Source: Candidatus Falkowbacteria bacterium
GTDB taxonomy: Bacteria; Patescibacteriota; Patescibacteriia; CAIXNZ01
Direction of reading: 5' to 3'
Length of the DNA stretch: 36,648 nt
Assembly (NCBI GenBank): GCA_903920975.1
Contig: CAIXNZ010000059.1
Coordinates: forward strand, 1 to 36,648
The notes under the pieces were generated by a model. It made no database searches. It was not told where the DNA came from and was given only the letters and a program-made list of their open reading frames with translations. Positions 8,812 through 17,738 of the stretch are shown piece after piece (within the stretch, counting starts at the first letter, position 1; the number at the start of each line of letters is the position of its first letter). The position numbers and the translations under genes were made by a program.

Positions 8812-9261
8812 ATGCCCAAAAGCCATATGAAAGAATTTAATCCTAAAATGCATACAGCGGAACATATTTTGAATCAGACCATGATTCAGCTTTTTAAAAC
8901 TGGTCGCTGTTTTTCCGCACACATTGAAGACAAAAAATCAAAATGCGATTATCATTTTGACCGAGCTTTGAGCGAGACAGAATTAAAGGATTTAGAAGAT
9001 AAGATAAACGAAATTATAAATTTGGATTTGCCTGTACAAGAAAGTTTTTTACCCAAAGAAGAAGCTATGAGATTGTATAATTTAGAAAGATTGCCAGAAG
9101 GAACTGAAGGCGATTTGAGGATAATCAAGGTTGGGGATTATGACGCAGTACCCTGCGTAGGTCCTCATGTGCAAAGTACAAAAGAAATTGGTCAGTTTAA
9201 ATTAATTTCCAGTGATTTTAATGATGGAGTTTTAAGAATCAGGTATAAATTGGTTTCCTAA
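8812..9261 (+). CDS. alaX: stand-alone Ala/Thr-tRNA editing domain protein (AlaX-like)
   Basis: HTAEHIL (HxxxH) and PCVGPHV (CxxxH) zinc motifs of the tRNA_SAD editing domain. The start is placed at the first ATG after the hairpin. The ORF-track start at 8725 overlaps the end of rlmH and the hairpin. Confidence 0.78.
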   Translation: MPKSHMKEFNPKMHTAEHILNQTMIQLFKTGRCFSAHIEDKKSKCDYHFDRALSETELKDLEDKINEIINLDLPVQESFLPKEEAMRLYNLERLPEGTEGDLRIIKVGDYDAVPCVGPHVQSTKEIGQFKLISSDFNDGVLRIRYKLVS

Positions 9262-9266
9262 AAAAA

Positions 9267-10148
9267 TTATTCAAGAGTATTTATATCAAATTTTGGCGTG
9301 TAGTTTTTATCAGCCGACTCTAGTTCTTGAAAATATCCACCAGCAAAATTTAGCTCTTCGTAATATTTTTGCATCTCATCATATTCTTGTGCTGAGATTT
9401 TTTTATTTATTTCAGTATATTGGTCAGTCAAATAAGCGGGGTAGTACTGGCTCATTAAACTGACCCAGACTTTGTCCCCAAAATTATCCTTTATGGCTTT
9501 TAGAATTTGCTTAGAATCATTAATTTGACCAGGCAAAATAAGATGCCTGATAAGAACGCCTTTATGTATTAAGTCATTAGAACCCATCTTAATCTCACCA
9601 ACCTGATTTACCATCACTGTAATGGCATTTAAAGCTGTTTTAAGGTAATTTGGGGCCTGGGAATAGTGCTGGGCCATAGCTTCATTAAAATATTTAAAAT
9701 CAGGCAAATAAACATCAATTAAGCCATTTAATTGTTTTAAAGTTTCAACTTTTTCAAAGGCATTGGAGTTCCAAATAATTGGTAATTTTGTCATGGCTTT
9801 TACTTTTGGTAAAATCTTGATTAATAGGTGAGAATAGCAAGTTGGCGTGACCAAGTTGATGTTATGGGCACCTTGATTCTTCAGCTTTATACATAAATCA
9901 ATAAATTCATTTTCACTGACAATTTTTCCTTGACCAAGTTGTAAAATCTGATAATTTTGACAATAAACGCAGTTTAAATTGCAATGTGAAAAGAAAATGG
10001 TCCCAGAACCATTTGTGCCGGAAACACATGGCTCTTCCCAGTGATGAAGCTGAATATGGGCTATTTTAAAATCAAGTGGAGCCCTACAGACTCCAAATTT
10101 GGTTATTCTATCAGCATTACAATTGTGCGGACAAAGATTGCATTTCAT
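9267..10148 (-). CDS. radical SAM protein (PflX-like activase family)
   Basis: CNLNCVYC (CxxxCxxC) cluster motif, plus an N-terminal Cys-rich CNLCPHNC segment. Confidence 0.82.
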   Translation of the reverse strand: MKCNLCPHNCNADRITKFGVCRAPLDFKIAHIQLHHWEEPCVSGTNGSGTIFFSHCNLNCVYCQNYQILQLGQGKIVSENEFIDLCIKLKNQGAHNINLVTPTCYSHLLIKILPKVKAMTKLPIIWNSNAFEKVETLKQLNGLIDVYLPDFKYFNEAMAQHYSQAPNYLKTALNAITVMVNQVGEIKMGSNDLIHKGVLIRHLILPGQINDSKQILKAIKDNFGDKVWVSLMSQYYPAYLTDQYTEINKKISAQEYDEMQKYYEELNFAGGYFQELESADKNYTPKFDINTLE

Positions 10149-10186
10149 ATTGATTTAGTATAAGAACTTTAAATCTTTTTGTAAAC

Positions 10187-10215
10187 TTGCCAAATTATTA
10201 AAAATTGCGTAAGAT
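10187..10215 (+). promoter_or_regulatory. promoter of the PIN-PhoH gene
   Basis: TTGCCA, a 17-nt spacer, then TAAGAT. Confidence 0.55.
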
Positions 10216-10288
10216 AAAGTCGCCGTAAGGCTTTAAAATAAAGAGAAGTATTGTACTTTTAAATAAAAATTAGTAGAGGAGGAAAAAA

Positions 10289-11650
10289 ATGGGCAAGGTA
10301 TTTATTGTTGATACTTCTGTCATTATGCATGATCCACAGTCGCCAATAATTTTGGCAGACAAGGATAATGTGGCAGTGGTTCCATTGCCAGTACTTGAAG
10401 AGCTTGAGCATTTTAAAATAATGGGTAATGGCAAGGGATTTAATGCGCGCGAGGCCTTTAGAATCCTTGATGAGTTGAGGAAAAGAGGATCTTTGAGTAC
10501 GGGTGTCAAAACCGATATGGGCGGGGAAGTGGTAGTCAGCACATTTGAAATAAAAAAATTTCCCGATGGCATGGCCAAGACCAATGACAACAGGATTATT
10601 CTGACCGCGCTTAAGCTTCAAAAAAAGGATTCAGATGTGAAGGTCGTCAGTAAAGACAGAGCTTTGCGCATTAAAGCTGAAGCCCTGGGCGTGGAATCGG
10701 AAGATTATGAAAATGACAAGGTTGTGAGACAAGTTGAAGAATTATACTCAGGCTTTAAACAGGTAAAACTTTCTTCAGCGAACGATTTTGTCATCAGCCG
10801 GATTTATCAGGGACCCATAAGTGCCAATACCATCAGCGGACTTGAGATTTCAGCACTTTATCCTAATCAGTGCATTGAATTTGTCAGTTCTGACTCAAAA
10901 ACTGCACTGGCAATTTTCAAAAAGCAGGACGGCAAATTTCTTAAGGTTCATAAGCCCAAGGATTTAGTAGATAAAAAAGTCTGGCCGATCAATAATGAAC
11001 AGGCTTTTGCCAATGCCTTAATCAATGATGAAGAGATAAGCATTGTCACGCTTTTTGGTAAAGCAGGTACGGGCAAAACTCTTATGGCGCTCAGCGTGGC
11101 CTGTGAATTTGTGGGAACAGAAAAGTATGACCAAATCTTGGTTTATCGGCCAAACATTGAAGTCGGTCAGCAAATGGGCTTTTTGCCCGGCGACATCAAG
11201 GATAAATTCCAGCCCTTTATGTATCCGATTTTGGACAATCTTGCCAGGATTTTAGGAAAACCCCAAAAATCAGGCAAGCAGAAGAATATGGGAGAGCAAA
11301 AAAAAGGTAACTTCGACATGGTTAATGAATATCTGGAAAGCGAATTGATTGTTGTTGAGCCAATTAATTTCATTAGAGGCAGAAGTTTACACAACAAGAT
11401 TGTGATCGTCGATGAATGTCAAAATTTGACGCCTCATGAAGTTAAAACTCTTATAACTCGCGCTGGTGTGGATACCAAGGTTATTTTGACTGGTGATCCC
11501 ACACAGATTGATAATCCTTATGTGGATTTTGCCTCAAATGGACTAAGTCATGTTATTGTGCGTTTTATGGGCCAGCAGTGCTTTGGCAATATTTTGCTGG
11601 TCAAAGGCGAGCGTTCGCCTTTATCTGAGCTTGCCTCCAACATTCTTTAA
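10289..11650 (+). CDS. PhoH-like ATPase with N-terminal PIN domain (PhoH2/YlaK type)
   Basis: N-terminal PIN-like region (FIVDTSV..NDNRIILTAL), Walker A GKAGTGKT, Walker B IVIVDECQN, and LTGDPTQID. Strong SD AGAGGAGGA. Confidence 0.9.
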   Translation: MGKVFIVDTSVIMHDPQSPIILADKDNVAVVPLPVLEELEHFKIMGNGKGFNAREAFRILDELRKRGSLSTGVKTDMGGEVVVSTFEIKKFPDGMAKTNDNRIILTALKLQKKDSDVKVVSKDRALRIKAEALGVESEDYENDKVVRQVEELYSGFKQVKLSSANDFVISRIYQGPISANTISGLEISALYPNQCIEFVSSDSKTALAIFKKQDGKFLKVHKPKDLVDKKVWPINNEQAFANALINDEEISIVTLFGKAGTGKTLMALSVACEFVGTEKYDQILVYRPNIEVGQQMGFLPGDIKDKFQPFMYPILDNLARILGKPQKSGKQKNMGEQKKGNFDMVNEYLESELIVVEPINFIRGRSLHNKIVIVDECQNLTPHEVKTLITRAGVDTKVILTGDPTQIDNPYVDFASNGLSHVIVRFMGQQCFGNILLVKGERSPLSELASNIL

Positions 11651-11655
11651 AACTA

Positions 11656-11685
11656 AGCCCTCTCGCTATGCGGGAGGGCTTTTTC
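11656..11685 (+). terminator. intrinsic terminator after the PhoH-like gene
   Basis: AGCCCTC-loop-GAGGGCT followed by TTTT. Confidence 0.75.
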
Positions 11686-11713
11686 TTGACAAAAATTATA
11701 CTACTGGTATACT
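11686..11713 (+). promoter_or_regulatory. rplJL operon promoter
   Basis: TTGACA (11686-11691), a 16-nt spacer, then TATACT (11708-11713). Confidence 0.7.
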
Positions 11714-11719
11714 GTACAC

Positions 11720-11857
11720 AACCGCAGACAATAGGTTTTCGCAAGATATAAATCCTATCGAGGTTTATACTTAAGGCATTTGCCATTGGGCATTTGGCGT
11801 TAGGTAATGGATTCTGCGGTGACGCAGATTTTTTTATTAATAAATACTTATTAATTT
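11720..11857 (+). promoter_or_regulatory. structured rplJ 5' leader with attenuator hairpin (L10-leader-like)
   Basis: A ~140-nt leader richer in G+C than its surroundings. It ends in TCTGCG-GTGA-CGCAGA plus T7 (11813-11835), about 22 nt before the rplJ ATG. This position matches autoregulatory L10 leaders. The class was not verified by a covariance model. Confidence 0.55.
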
Positions 11858-12382
11858 ATGCCAAAATCAAAAACGCAAAAAAAGGAAATATTAGACGACT
11901 TAATTAAAAAATTAGGCAATTTTAAGGCCGCTGTTTTTACTGATTACAAAGGCTTGACAGTTGCTGAAGCTAAGCAAGTCCGCATCTTAGCCAAGAAACA
12001 AAATGCCGAATATATAGTAGCTAAAAAGACTTTAATCCAAAAAGCGTTGGACGCGGCCAAAATCAAAGATATCAATGTTAAGGATATGAAGGGCAATATT
12101 TCTTTGATAATCGGCTTTGAGGATGAAATTGGTCCAGCCAAAATCGCCGCAGAATTTGGCAAGACACATGAAAATTTAAAAATGCTAGGCGGTATTATGG
12201 AAAATAAGTTTATTGATCTTGATCAGGTTGTGGCTTTATCAAAAATACCAGGCAAGATGGAATTACTAACAAGTTTAGTCGGCAGTATGCAGTCGCCGAT
12301 TCGCGGCTTTGCCACTGTCTTAGCTGGCAATTTACGGGGCCTGCTGACTGCTTTAAACGCAATTAAAGAACAAAAAATTTAA
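11858..12382 (+). CDS. rplJ: 50S ribosomal protein L10
   Basis: Typical L10 N-terminus (..AVFTDYKGLTVAEAKQVR..) and a position immediately upstream of rplL. Confidence 0.93.
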   Translation: MPKSKTQKKEILDDLIKKLGNFKAAVFTDYKGLTVAEAKQVRILAKKQNAEYIVAKKTLIQKALDAAKIKDINVKDMKGNISLIIGFEDEIGPAKIAAEFGKTHENLKMLGGIMENKFIDLDQVVALSKIPGKMELLTSLVGSMQSPIRGFATVLAGNLRGLLTALNAIKEQKI

Positions 12383-12409
12383 ATATAATAATTAATAATT
12401 ATCAAAATT

Positions 12410-12814
12410 ATGACAGAAGAAAAAAAGGAAGTTAAAGTCCCAGCTAAATTTAAATCTTTAGTTGAGGAAATCGAAAAAATGTCAGTTTTAGATCTCGCTG
12501 AATTAGTCAAGATTTTGGAAGAAAAATTCGGCGTCTCAGCCTCAGCCCCAATGGCTATGATGGCTGGTCCAGCCGCTGGTGCCGCTCCAGCAGCTGAAGC
12601 TAAATCAGAATTTAATGTTGAATTAGCTTCAGTCGGAGACAATAAGATCGGAGTGATCAAGGTTATTAAAGACATTACTGGACTTGGTTTGAAAGAAGCC
12701 AAGGATTTAGTTGATGGCGCTCCAAAAATGATTAAAGAAAAAGTGAAGAAAGATGAAGCAGAAGCTATGAAGAAGAAACTTGAAGAAGCTGGCGCCGCAG
12801 TTAATCTGAAATAA
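12410..12814 (+). CDS. rplL: 50S ribosomal protein L7/L12
   Basis: Ala-rich hinge and the conserved C-terminal domain [27 protein letters not shown]. Confidence 0.95.
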   Translation: MTEEKKEVKVPAKFKSLVEEIEKMSVLDLAELVKILEEKFGVSASAPMAMMAGPAAGAAPAAEAKSEFNVELASVGDNKIGVIKVIKDITGLGLKEAKDLVDGAPKMIKEKVKKDEAEAMKKKLEEAGAAVNLK

Positions 12815-12830
12815 AACATTTTAAATAAAA

Positions 12831-12858
12831 AGAAGGCTCATGCGAGTCTTCTTTTTTT
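12831..12858. terminator. bidirectional terminator between rplL and the convergent 743-aa gene
   Basis: AGAAGGCTC-ATGC-GAGTCTTCT (one G-U pair), with an A-run to the left and T7 to the right. Confidence 0.75.
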
Positions 12859-12865
12859 ATTTAAA

Positions 12866-15097
12866 TTATTTAATGTGTGTTAAGTTGATAAAGTAAACTT
12901 TATTATCATTAATCACAAACATTTTTTTCTCTTTTTCAAAAATTTCCAGGGCCTTTAAATGATCAAATTTGGCACTGTAATATTGAGTTACTAATCCTCC
13001 ATCTTTGCTTAAAACAACAATTCTATTATTTTTTGGTTCAAGCATATAAATAAAGTTTGTTTCATCGCTGGTTATTAACTGCGTTGGCGCTTCCAATGCT
13101 GGGTCAACGTTTTTTAAAACAAAATTACTTTGTGTGCCTTTATTAAATTTTAATATTTGTCCGGTATTATCTAAAAGCCAAATATTGGTATCAATGCCCA
13201 GTGAAACAATATTTTTCATATCAAAAGTATTTCTGAGCCAAGTGACACCAGTGTCAAAACCAGTATCAACCTTGGGCAGACGATAAATTTGATTATTAGT
13301 TGAATCAACCGTATAAAGTTTGTCATTATATGTGGCAAAATCAATAATATTGGCATTTGTAGGCAGTGCTACGTTAAGAGGCAGGTATTTGCCATCCTTG
13401 TATTCTACAAAGCCATTTTTGTCCTGATAGGCTAGGATCTGATTGCCGATTTTTTTAACTTTAATAATTTTGCCGATATCTGACAAATTTGAACTGAATT
13501 TTTTTTGTTCTTTGGTATCTAAATCAAAGCGATAAATATTATTGTTTATTGAATCAAAAATTACCAGTATGTTATCTGAATAGATAATATTTTTTAAATC
13601 AATATTTTGTTCAGCGCTTAGATCATATATTAAAGTCGGTTCATCAACATTAACAATATGCCTTAATTTGGCAATAACCGTTTCAATCTCCTTATTTAAA
13701 TTTTGGTAAGTATCTTTCTGTTTTTGTGAATTGATCGGCAAAGCGGCTAATAATTTTTGTGCCTCAACGATTTCACCCTTGGCCTTGGCTTCATCGCCGA
13801 TAATAATATCAGATTCTGCCTGACTCTTAACCTGTCCAATTTGGTTGATGGCATCTTGGTATTCCTGGTTATAAGCCGAATTATTTTGGGCATGTTTGAA
13901 ATAGGTTGTGCTAAAGAGGAAAAGGATAATAAGAATTACGGCCATAATTAGTAAAAATTTACTAAGAATGGGTATTTTAGCTAACTTGGTTTTTATAAAA
14001 ATGAATTTGAGCCGCAGCCATAACTTTGTTCTTTGCATTTTTTCACCATAAAATGGAGTTTTGGCCAATAGTTTTTTACAGATTCTTTTGATTTTCAAGC
14101 CCAAAGCATTAATTGGTCTTTGGCCATAATTGCTATTTTGGCCGCTGCTTGCTAAATTCGGCAAAGATTGTTGCTCGGCAGCCAAACGATGAGCAGCCAT
14201 TTTCTTTTGCCAATATGAATACAATTTTTGGACAGGGATAATAACTATATTAAACAAACTTTTAAGTATTGACCAAAAGGAAGGGGAGAGTAGTTTTTCA
14301 GTTGAACTTTCAGTTTTGGTTAAATCGGAAATGGAAGTGACCGAGGGAGAAATTTGGGCTTGTTCAAATTCTCCAGTCGAATTTTTTATAATTATTGCGG
14401 CAAAGTTTTGACCCTCGGTCTGCAGTAAAGAATTTTTAAAATACTCCGCTGATTTATGAAGGGGGAGCGAAGTGATAGTTTTTTGAATTCGTTCCAGGGA
14501 AATAAAATTTAAAAAGTTGCTGTTGCATAAAAATAAATAATCCGGCGGATTTATTTCCCCCTCTAAAAAATTGGAAAATAATTTCGGCTCTTTATTAGCA
14601 CTTTCGCCTGCGTTACTGACTCTTCTTAAATCAATAATTTTATAGTCTTGTTTTGTTTTATGGATCAGATGAATACCCATTTCGTTGGAATAAGAGATGC
14701 AAAGCTTGTTGCCATGCAAAACACCAATGGCCAAATTAATTTTTTCTTTAATAGTATTCTCGTTTAAATTGCCAACCAGATAAAAGCGCTTCTCTTGGAT
14801 TAACTGGGTAAATTTTTGATTTACACGTTCTAGGGCATTTTCAAAGGCGACTTCCAGCGCTTCTTCATTTTCTGACATTTCACCATAATAGGTTTCTTCC
14901 AGCGCATTAATCAATTCAGCGATAATGTGCGAGTTTTCACGACTGGGCATATTAACCTCTAAAATACCGAAAAGTCGGCCCATTTTTTCCTCCAAAGCCA
15001 AATTGGGTTCGCTAATAAAAAGCTTACAGGTCGAAGAAGCCTTATTGGTGTAATAATGGATAAAGATATTGGCAAATTGACTGTTAATCTGTGCCAT
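12866..15097 (-). CDS. large single-pass membrane protein: N-terminal cytoplasmic domain, one TM helix, C-terminal repeat (beta-propeller-like) domain. Function unknown.
   Basis: 743-aa ORF with a mid-protein TM helix, ILSKFLLIMAVILIILFLFSTTYF. The C-terminal third has recurring motifs NNNIYRFD, NNQIYRLP, NNRIVVLS and GQILKFN. Confidence 0.8.
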   Translation of the reverse strand: MAQINSQFANIFIHYYTNKASSTCKLFISEPNLALEEKMGRLFGILEVNMPSRENSHIIAELINALEETYYGEMSENEEALEVAFENALERVNQKFTQLIQEKRFYLVGNLNENTIKEKINLAIGVLHGNKLCISYSNEMGIHLIHKTKQDYKIIDLRRVSNAGESANKEPKLFSNFLEGEINPPDYLFLCNSNFLNFISLERIQKTITSLPLHKSAEYFKNSLLQTEGQNFAAIIIKNSTGEFEQAQISPSVTSISDLTKTESSTEKLLSPSFWSILKSLFNIVIIPVQKLYSYWQKKMAAHRLAAEQQSLPNLASSGQNSNYGQRPINALGLKIKRICKKLLAKTPFYGEKMQRTKLWLRLKFIFIKTKLAKIPILSKFLLIMAVILIILFLFSTTYFKHAQNNSAYNQEYQDAINQIGQVKSQAESDIIIGDEAKAKGEIVEAQKLLAALPINSQKQKDTYQNLNKEIETVIAKLRHIVNVDEPTLIYDLSAEQNIDLKNIIYSDNILVIFDSINNNIYRFDLDTKEQKKFSSNLSDIGKIIKVKKIGNQILAYQDKNGFVEYKDGKYLPLNVALPTNANIIDFATYNDKLYTVDSTNNQIYRLPKVDTGFDTGVTWLRNTFDMKNIVSLGIDTNIWLLDNTGQILKFNKGTQSNFVLKNVDPALEAPTQLITSDETNFIYMLEPKNNRIVVLSKDGGLVTQYYSAKFDHLKALEIFEKEKKMFVINDNKVYFINLTHIK

Positions 15098-15204
15098 AGA
15101 TTGACTTAAATTTTATAAGTGTATTATACTAAAAGTAGGCAAATTTTGAAAGGGTATCGGGTACATAAGTTAATAAGTGATTCAAAATCTAAAAAGTCTT
15201 AAAT

Positions 15205-15798
15205 ATGCTTGAACAATTATTTGGTTCACAAACCAGAGTGCGGTTACTTCAGATATTTTTGAGTAATCCAGAAGAAAAATATTTTGTCAGGGAACTGACC
15301 CGTAATTTGAATTCTCAAATAAACGCTATCCGCCGTGAACTGGAAAATCTGGAAGATTTGGGTGCTATTAGAATAGTTGAAGAAGTCGGGGAGCATAAGT
15401 CTCAAAACAAGAAATTTTACCAGTCCAATTTGGATTTCATCTTATATCATGAATTAAAATCTATTTTTCAAAAGGCCCAATTTCTATTGGAGAAAAAATT
15501 TGCCAAAGCTGTTAAAAAAATTGGTAAAGTACATTTTTTGGCCTTAACCGGAACTTTTGTCGGTAAGAAAGATGTGCCCATTGATATAATTGCCGTAGGC
15601 TCTATGAGCAAAAAGAAGTTTGCCAAATTGATTAAAGAATTCCAGAAGAATTTAAAGCGAGAATTGAATTATACATTATTGGATAAAGAAGAGTTTGATT
15701 ATCGCCGCAGCGTGGCTGATAGATTTTTGTACAATATATTAGACAGCGATAAAATTGTTTTAATTGATGAAATATTTAATCCTATTAAAGAAGAATAA
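15205..15798 (+). CDS. putative winged-helix DNA-binding protein
   Basis: The N-terminus RVRLLQIFLSNPEEKYFVRELTRNLNSQINAIRRELENLEDLGAI looks like an ArsR/MarR-type wHTH. The C-terminal domain is not recognised. Confidence 0.6.
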   Translation: MLEQLFGSQTRVRLLQIFLSNPEEKYFVRELTRNLNSQINAIRRELENLEDLGAIRIVEEVGEHKSQNKKFYQSNLDFILYHELKSIFQKAQFLLEKKFAKAVKKIGKVHFLALTGTFVGKKDVPIDIIAVGSMSKKKFAKLIKEFQKNLKRELNYTLLDKEEFDYRRSVADRFLYNILDSDKIVLIDEIFNPIKEE

Positions 15799-16209
15799 AT
15801 GATTTTATATTTTAATGCTACTAAAGATAAAGAGATATCAACCTTTTTAGTGAAGGGTAGCAAAATCATAGATCGCCTCAAGCAAGTAGGCGATTTTAAA
15901 GTTTCAGAATACCTATTGCCATTAATTGACAAGTTATTAAAAAAGAATAAAATTGAATTTGAAGATTTGCAGGGTATAATTACTGTCAGTGGAATTGGTC
16001 CTTTTACTTCAGTTAGAATCGCAGTGGCAGTAGCCAATACCTTGTCATTTGCTTTAAAAATCCCAGTAATCGGGTTGGAAAATAAAAAGCCAATTAAAGA
16101 GGAACAAAATATTAAAGCAGGTTTATTAAAACTTAAAAAAGCTAAAATTGGTTCATATATAAAACCGGTTTATGGGGGAGAGGCAAACATAACTAGACCA
16201 AAAAAATAA
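15799..16209 (+). CDS. tsaB: short TsaB/YeaZ-like protein (t6A biosynthesis partner), 136 aa
   Basis: SGIGPFTSVRIAVAVANTLSFALKIPVIGL matches the TsaB GPGSFTGLRIG..A..L.....P motif region. The ATG directly abuts the preceding stop codon. Confidence 0.55.
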   Translation: MILYFNATKDKEISTFLVKGSKIIDRLKQVGDFKVSEYLLPLIDKLLKKNKIEFEDLQGIITVSGIGPFTSVRIAVAVANTLSFALKIPVIGLENKKPIKEEQNIKAGLLKLKKAKIGSYIKPVYGGEANITRPKK

Positions 16210-16219
16210 GGAGGTAATT

Positions 16220-16417
16220 ATGGCAGTCTTTGGCTATTGTACTGATTGTGAAAAGGAATATTCAATAGATGCTTTTTCCACGAAAATTACAGAAGAAAAG
16301 GGCGGAAGATTACTTCTTGAGTCAGTATGCCCGGGTTGTGGTGAATTAAGTGCAGTTGCAATACCCAAGAATAATCCTCATTTTCAGAGGGATCCCAAAA
16401 AGACGGTAAAAAAGTAA
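16220..16417 (+). CDS. small zinc-ribbon protein, 65 aa
   Basis: CTDC...CPGC four-Cys ribbon. Strong SD TAAGGAGGTAATT-ATG. Confidence 0.6.
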   Translation: MAVFGYCTDCEKEYSIDAFSTKITEEKGGRLLLESVCPGCGELSAVAIPKNNPHFQRDPKKTVKK

Positions 16418-16435
16418 TTAAAGCCATAGAAAATT

Positions 16436-16467
16436 AAAGGTCATGTCAAACATGACCTTTTTATTTT
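16436..16467 (+). terminator. intrinsic terminator
   Basis: AAAGGTCATG-TCAAA-CATGACCTTT followed by TTATTTT. Confidence 0.8.
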
Positions 16468-16545
16468 AAAAATACAATATTTAGTTTGATTAGGTCTAGT
16501 TTAACCCCAAGATATAGTGGCTGTGTATAAGTGAAGTTAAAATGG

Positions 16546-16574
16546 TTGACCGGGGTAATTTCGTGGGGTATAAT
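16546..16574 (+). promoter_or_regulatory. Pmra promoter
   Basis: TTGACC (16546-16551), a 17-nt spacer, then TATAAT (16569-16574). The spacer itself contains GTGGGG. Confidence 0.75.
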
Positions 16575-16588
16575 GGATTCAAGAGTCT

Positions 16589-16632
16589 AAAAGTGGATAA
16601 AAGTGGGGATAAACCCAAGAATGTGTGGATAA
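16589..16632 (+). promoter_or_regulatory. candidate MraZ operator repeats
   Basis: AAAAGTGG at 16589-16596 and 16599-16606 (10-bp period), each followed by (GG)ATAA. A third GTGGATAA lies at 16625-16632. All sit between the -10 box and the mraZ ATG. Confidence 0.55.
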
Positions 16633-16653
16633 GTTAAATTATCTTTAAATCTT

Positions 16654-17085
16654 ATGTTCATAGGTGAATATCAACACAATTTAGATGAAAAGGGACGTCT
16701 GGCAGTACCAGCGAAATTTCGTGCTGTTTTGGCTAAGGGTGCTGTTGTGACCAGGGGCTTGGATAATTGTTTATTTTTATACACAGCTACTGAATGGGAA
16801 AAATTGGCCTCTAAATTAGCTACTTTACCGATTAGTAAAGCCAATACCAGGGCTTTCAGCCGCTTAATGTTAGCTGGTGCTATGGATGTGCAATTAGATA
16901 AGGCAGGCAGAATTATTTTGCCAGAGTATTTAAGGCGCTATGCCGGTTTAAGCAAACAAGCAGTTGTCACTGGTTTATATAATCGTTTAGAAATCTGGGA
17001 TGAAGGTACCTGGAACAGATATAAAAAAGGTACTGAAAAATCCAGCGGAGATATTGCTGAAGCGCTAGAGGGCTTGGAAGTGTAA
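16654..17085 (+). CDS. mraZ: transcriptional regulator MraZ
   Basis: Two SpoVT/AbrB-like halves with DEKGRLAVPAKFR and DKAGRIILPEYLR. Confidence 0.93.
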   Translation: MFIGEYQHNLDEKGRLAVPAKFRAVLAKGAVVTRGLDNCLFLYTATEWEKLASKLATLPISKANTRAFSRLMLAGAMDVQLDKAGRIILPEYLRRYAGLSKQAVVTGLYNRLEIWDEGTWNRYKKGTEKSSGDIAEALEGLEV

Positions 17086-17301
17086 TTTTATAAGTTATTA
17101 CAGTCTGGTAAAAATATTGTTGCTTTTTCATTTTTACTGGCTGAATTAATATATTTGTTTGTTATTTGGTTTATATTAAGGCATGCCGCCTTATAAAGTC
17201 ATAACAGACCAAAAAACAAGCAGGGTTTTATCCAGAAGAGAAATGGGTCATGCTTATCCTATTTCTCTCCTGTAAAAACAAAATGCAAGGAGGTTCTAGA
17301 A

Positions 17302-17523
17302 ATGCCAGTACCGGAAAGAGTAAGGATATTGGAACGCATGAAGGGATTAATTGAGGGGATTGATAAAAATCATAATTGGTATCAGAAGGCTTACTCGTTT
17401 CTCAAAGATTTTGAGCAAAGACTTCTGCAAATTACCAACGAGATTTTCTATCAGCTTCTGCGGCAATGGGAAGAAATCCTGGAGAGCGCGCCAAGGGAAA
17501 TCACAAAACAGTGGGTACATTAA
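17302..17523 (+). CDS. hypothetical small helical protein, 73 aa
   Basis: SD GCAAGGAGG lies 8 nt before the ATG. G+C is elevated. The gene lies inside the mraZ-rsmH gap. Confidence 0.6.
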   Translation: MPVPERVRILERMKGLIEGIDKNHNWYQKAYSFLKDFEQRLLQITNEIFYQLLRQWEEILESAPREITKQWVH

Positions 17524-17539
17524 ACGCAAGGAGAAAAAC

Positions 17540-17722
17540 ATGAAGCGAACAGAATGCCAGGAATTAGCTCCACATGAGCAAGGAGAAATGAAGCCACATG
17601 GATTGAGATCTCTCTCGCGGAGAGAGAAAAAATTACTCGCAAGAGTAGGATTTATCCAATCCTTAGTTGGCGACAGTCTTCTCAAGCAGGGAAGAAAATT
17701 AGGCCTTCATCTTGGGGGATAA
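17540..17722 (+). CDS. hypothetical small basic protein, 60 aa
   Basis: An internal ATG of ORF-track entry 17351-17722, chosen because SD GCAAGGAGA precedes it by 6 nt and it starts 16 nt after the previous stop. Confidence 0.5.
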   Translation: MKRTECQELAPHEQGEMKPHGLRSLSRREKKLLARVGFIQSLVGDSLLKQGRKLGLHLGG

Positions 17723-17738
17723 TAAATTATCCCCATTT
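17715..17738 (+). promoter_or_regulatory. hairpin overlapping the stop codon of the 60-aa ORF, 20 nt before rsmH
   Basis: GGGGATAA-TAAA-TTATCCCC followed by ATTT. The T-run is weak, so this is either a partial terminator or only a structural element. Confidence 0.4.

Noticed and set aside
10259-10621. Two overlapping minus-strand ORFs (120 and 106 aa) at the 5' end of the PIN-PhoH gene.
   Set aside because: They are antisense shadows of a well-supported gene and would start inside it without initiation signals.
12379-12819. 146-aa minus-strand ORF covering the whole of rplL.
   Set aside because: It is the mirror image of the Ala/Lys-rich L7/L12 gene, with a low-complexity product and no SD or promoter. 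The plus-strand identity is unambiguous.
17347-17685. A 112-aa minus-strand ORF, and the 17351-17539 N-terminal extension of the 123-aa plus-strand ORF, both in the mraZ-rsmH insert.
   Set aside because: The minus ORF has a TTG start with no SD. The plus-strand extension overlaps the SD-led 73-aa ORF in another frame, whereas the internal ATG at 17540 has its own SD.
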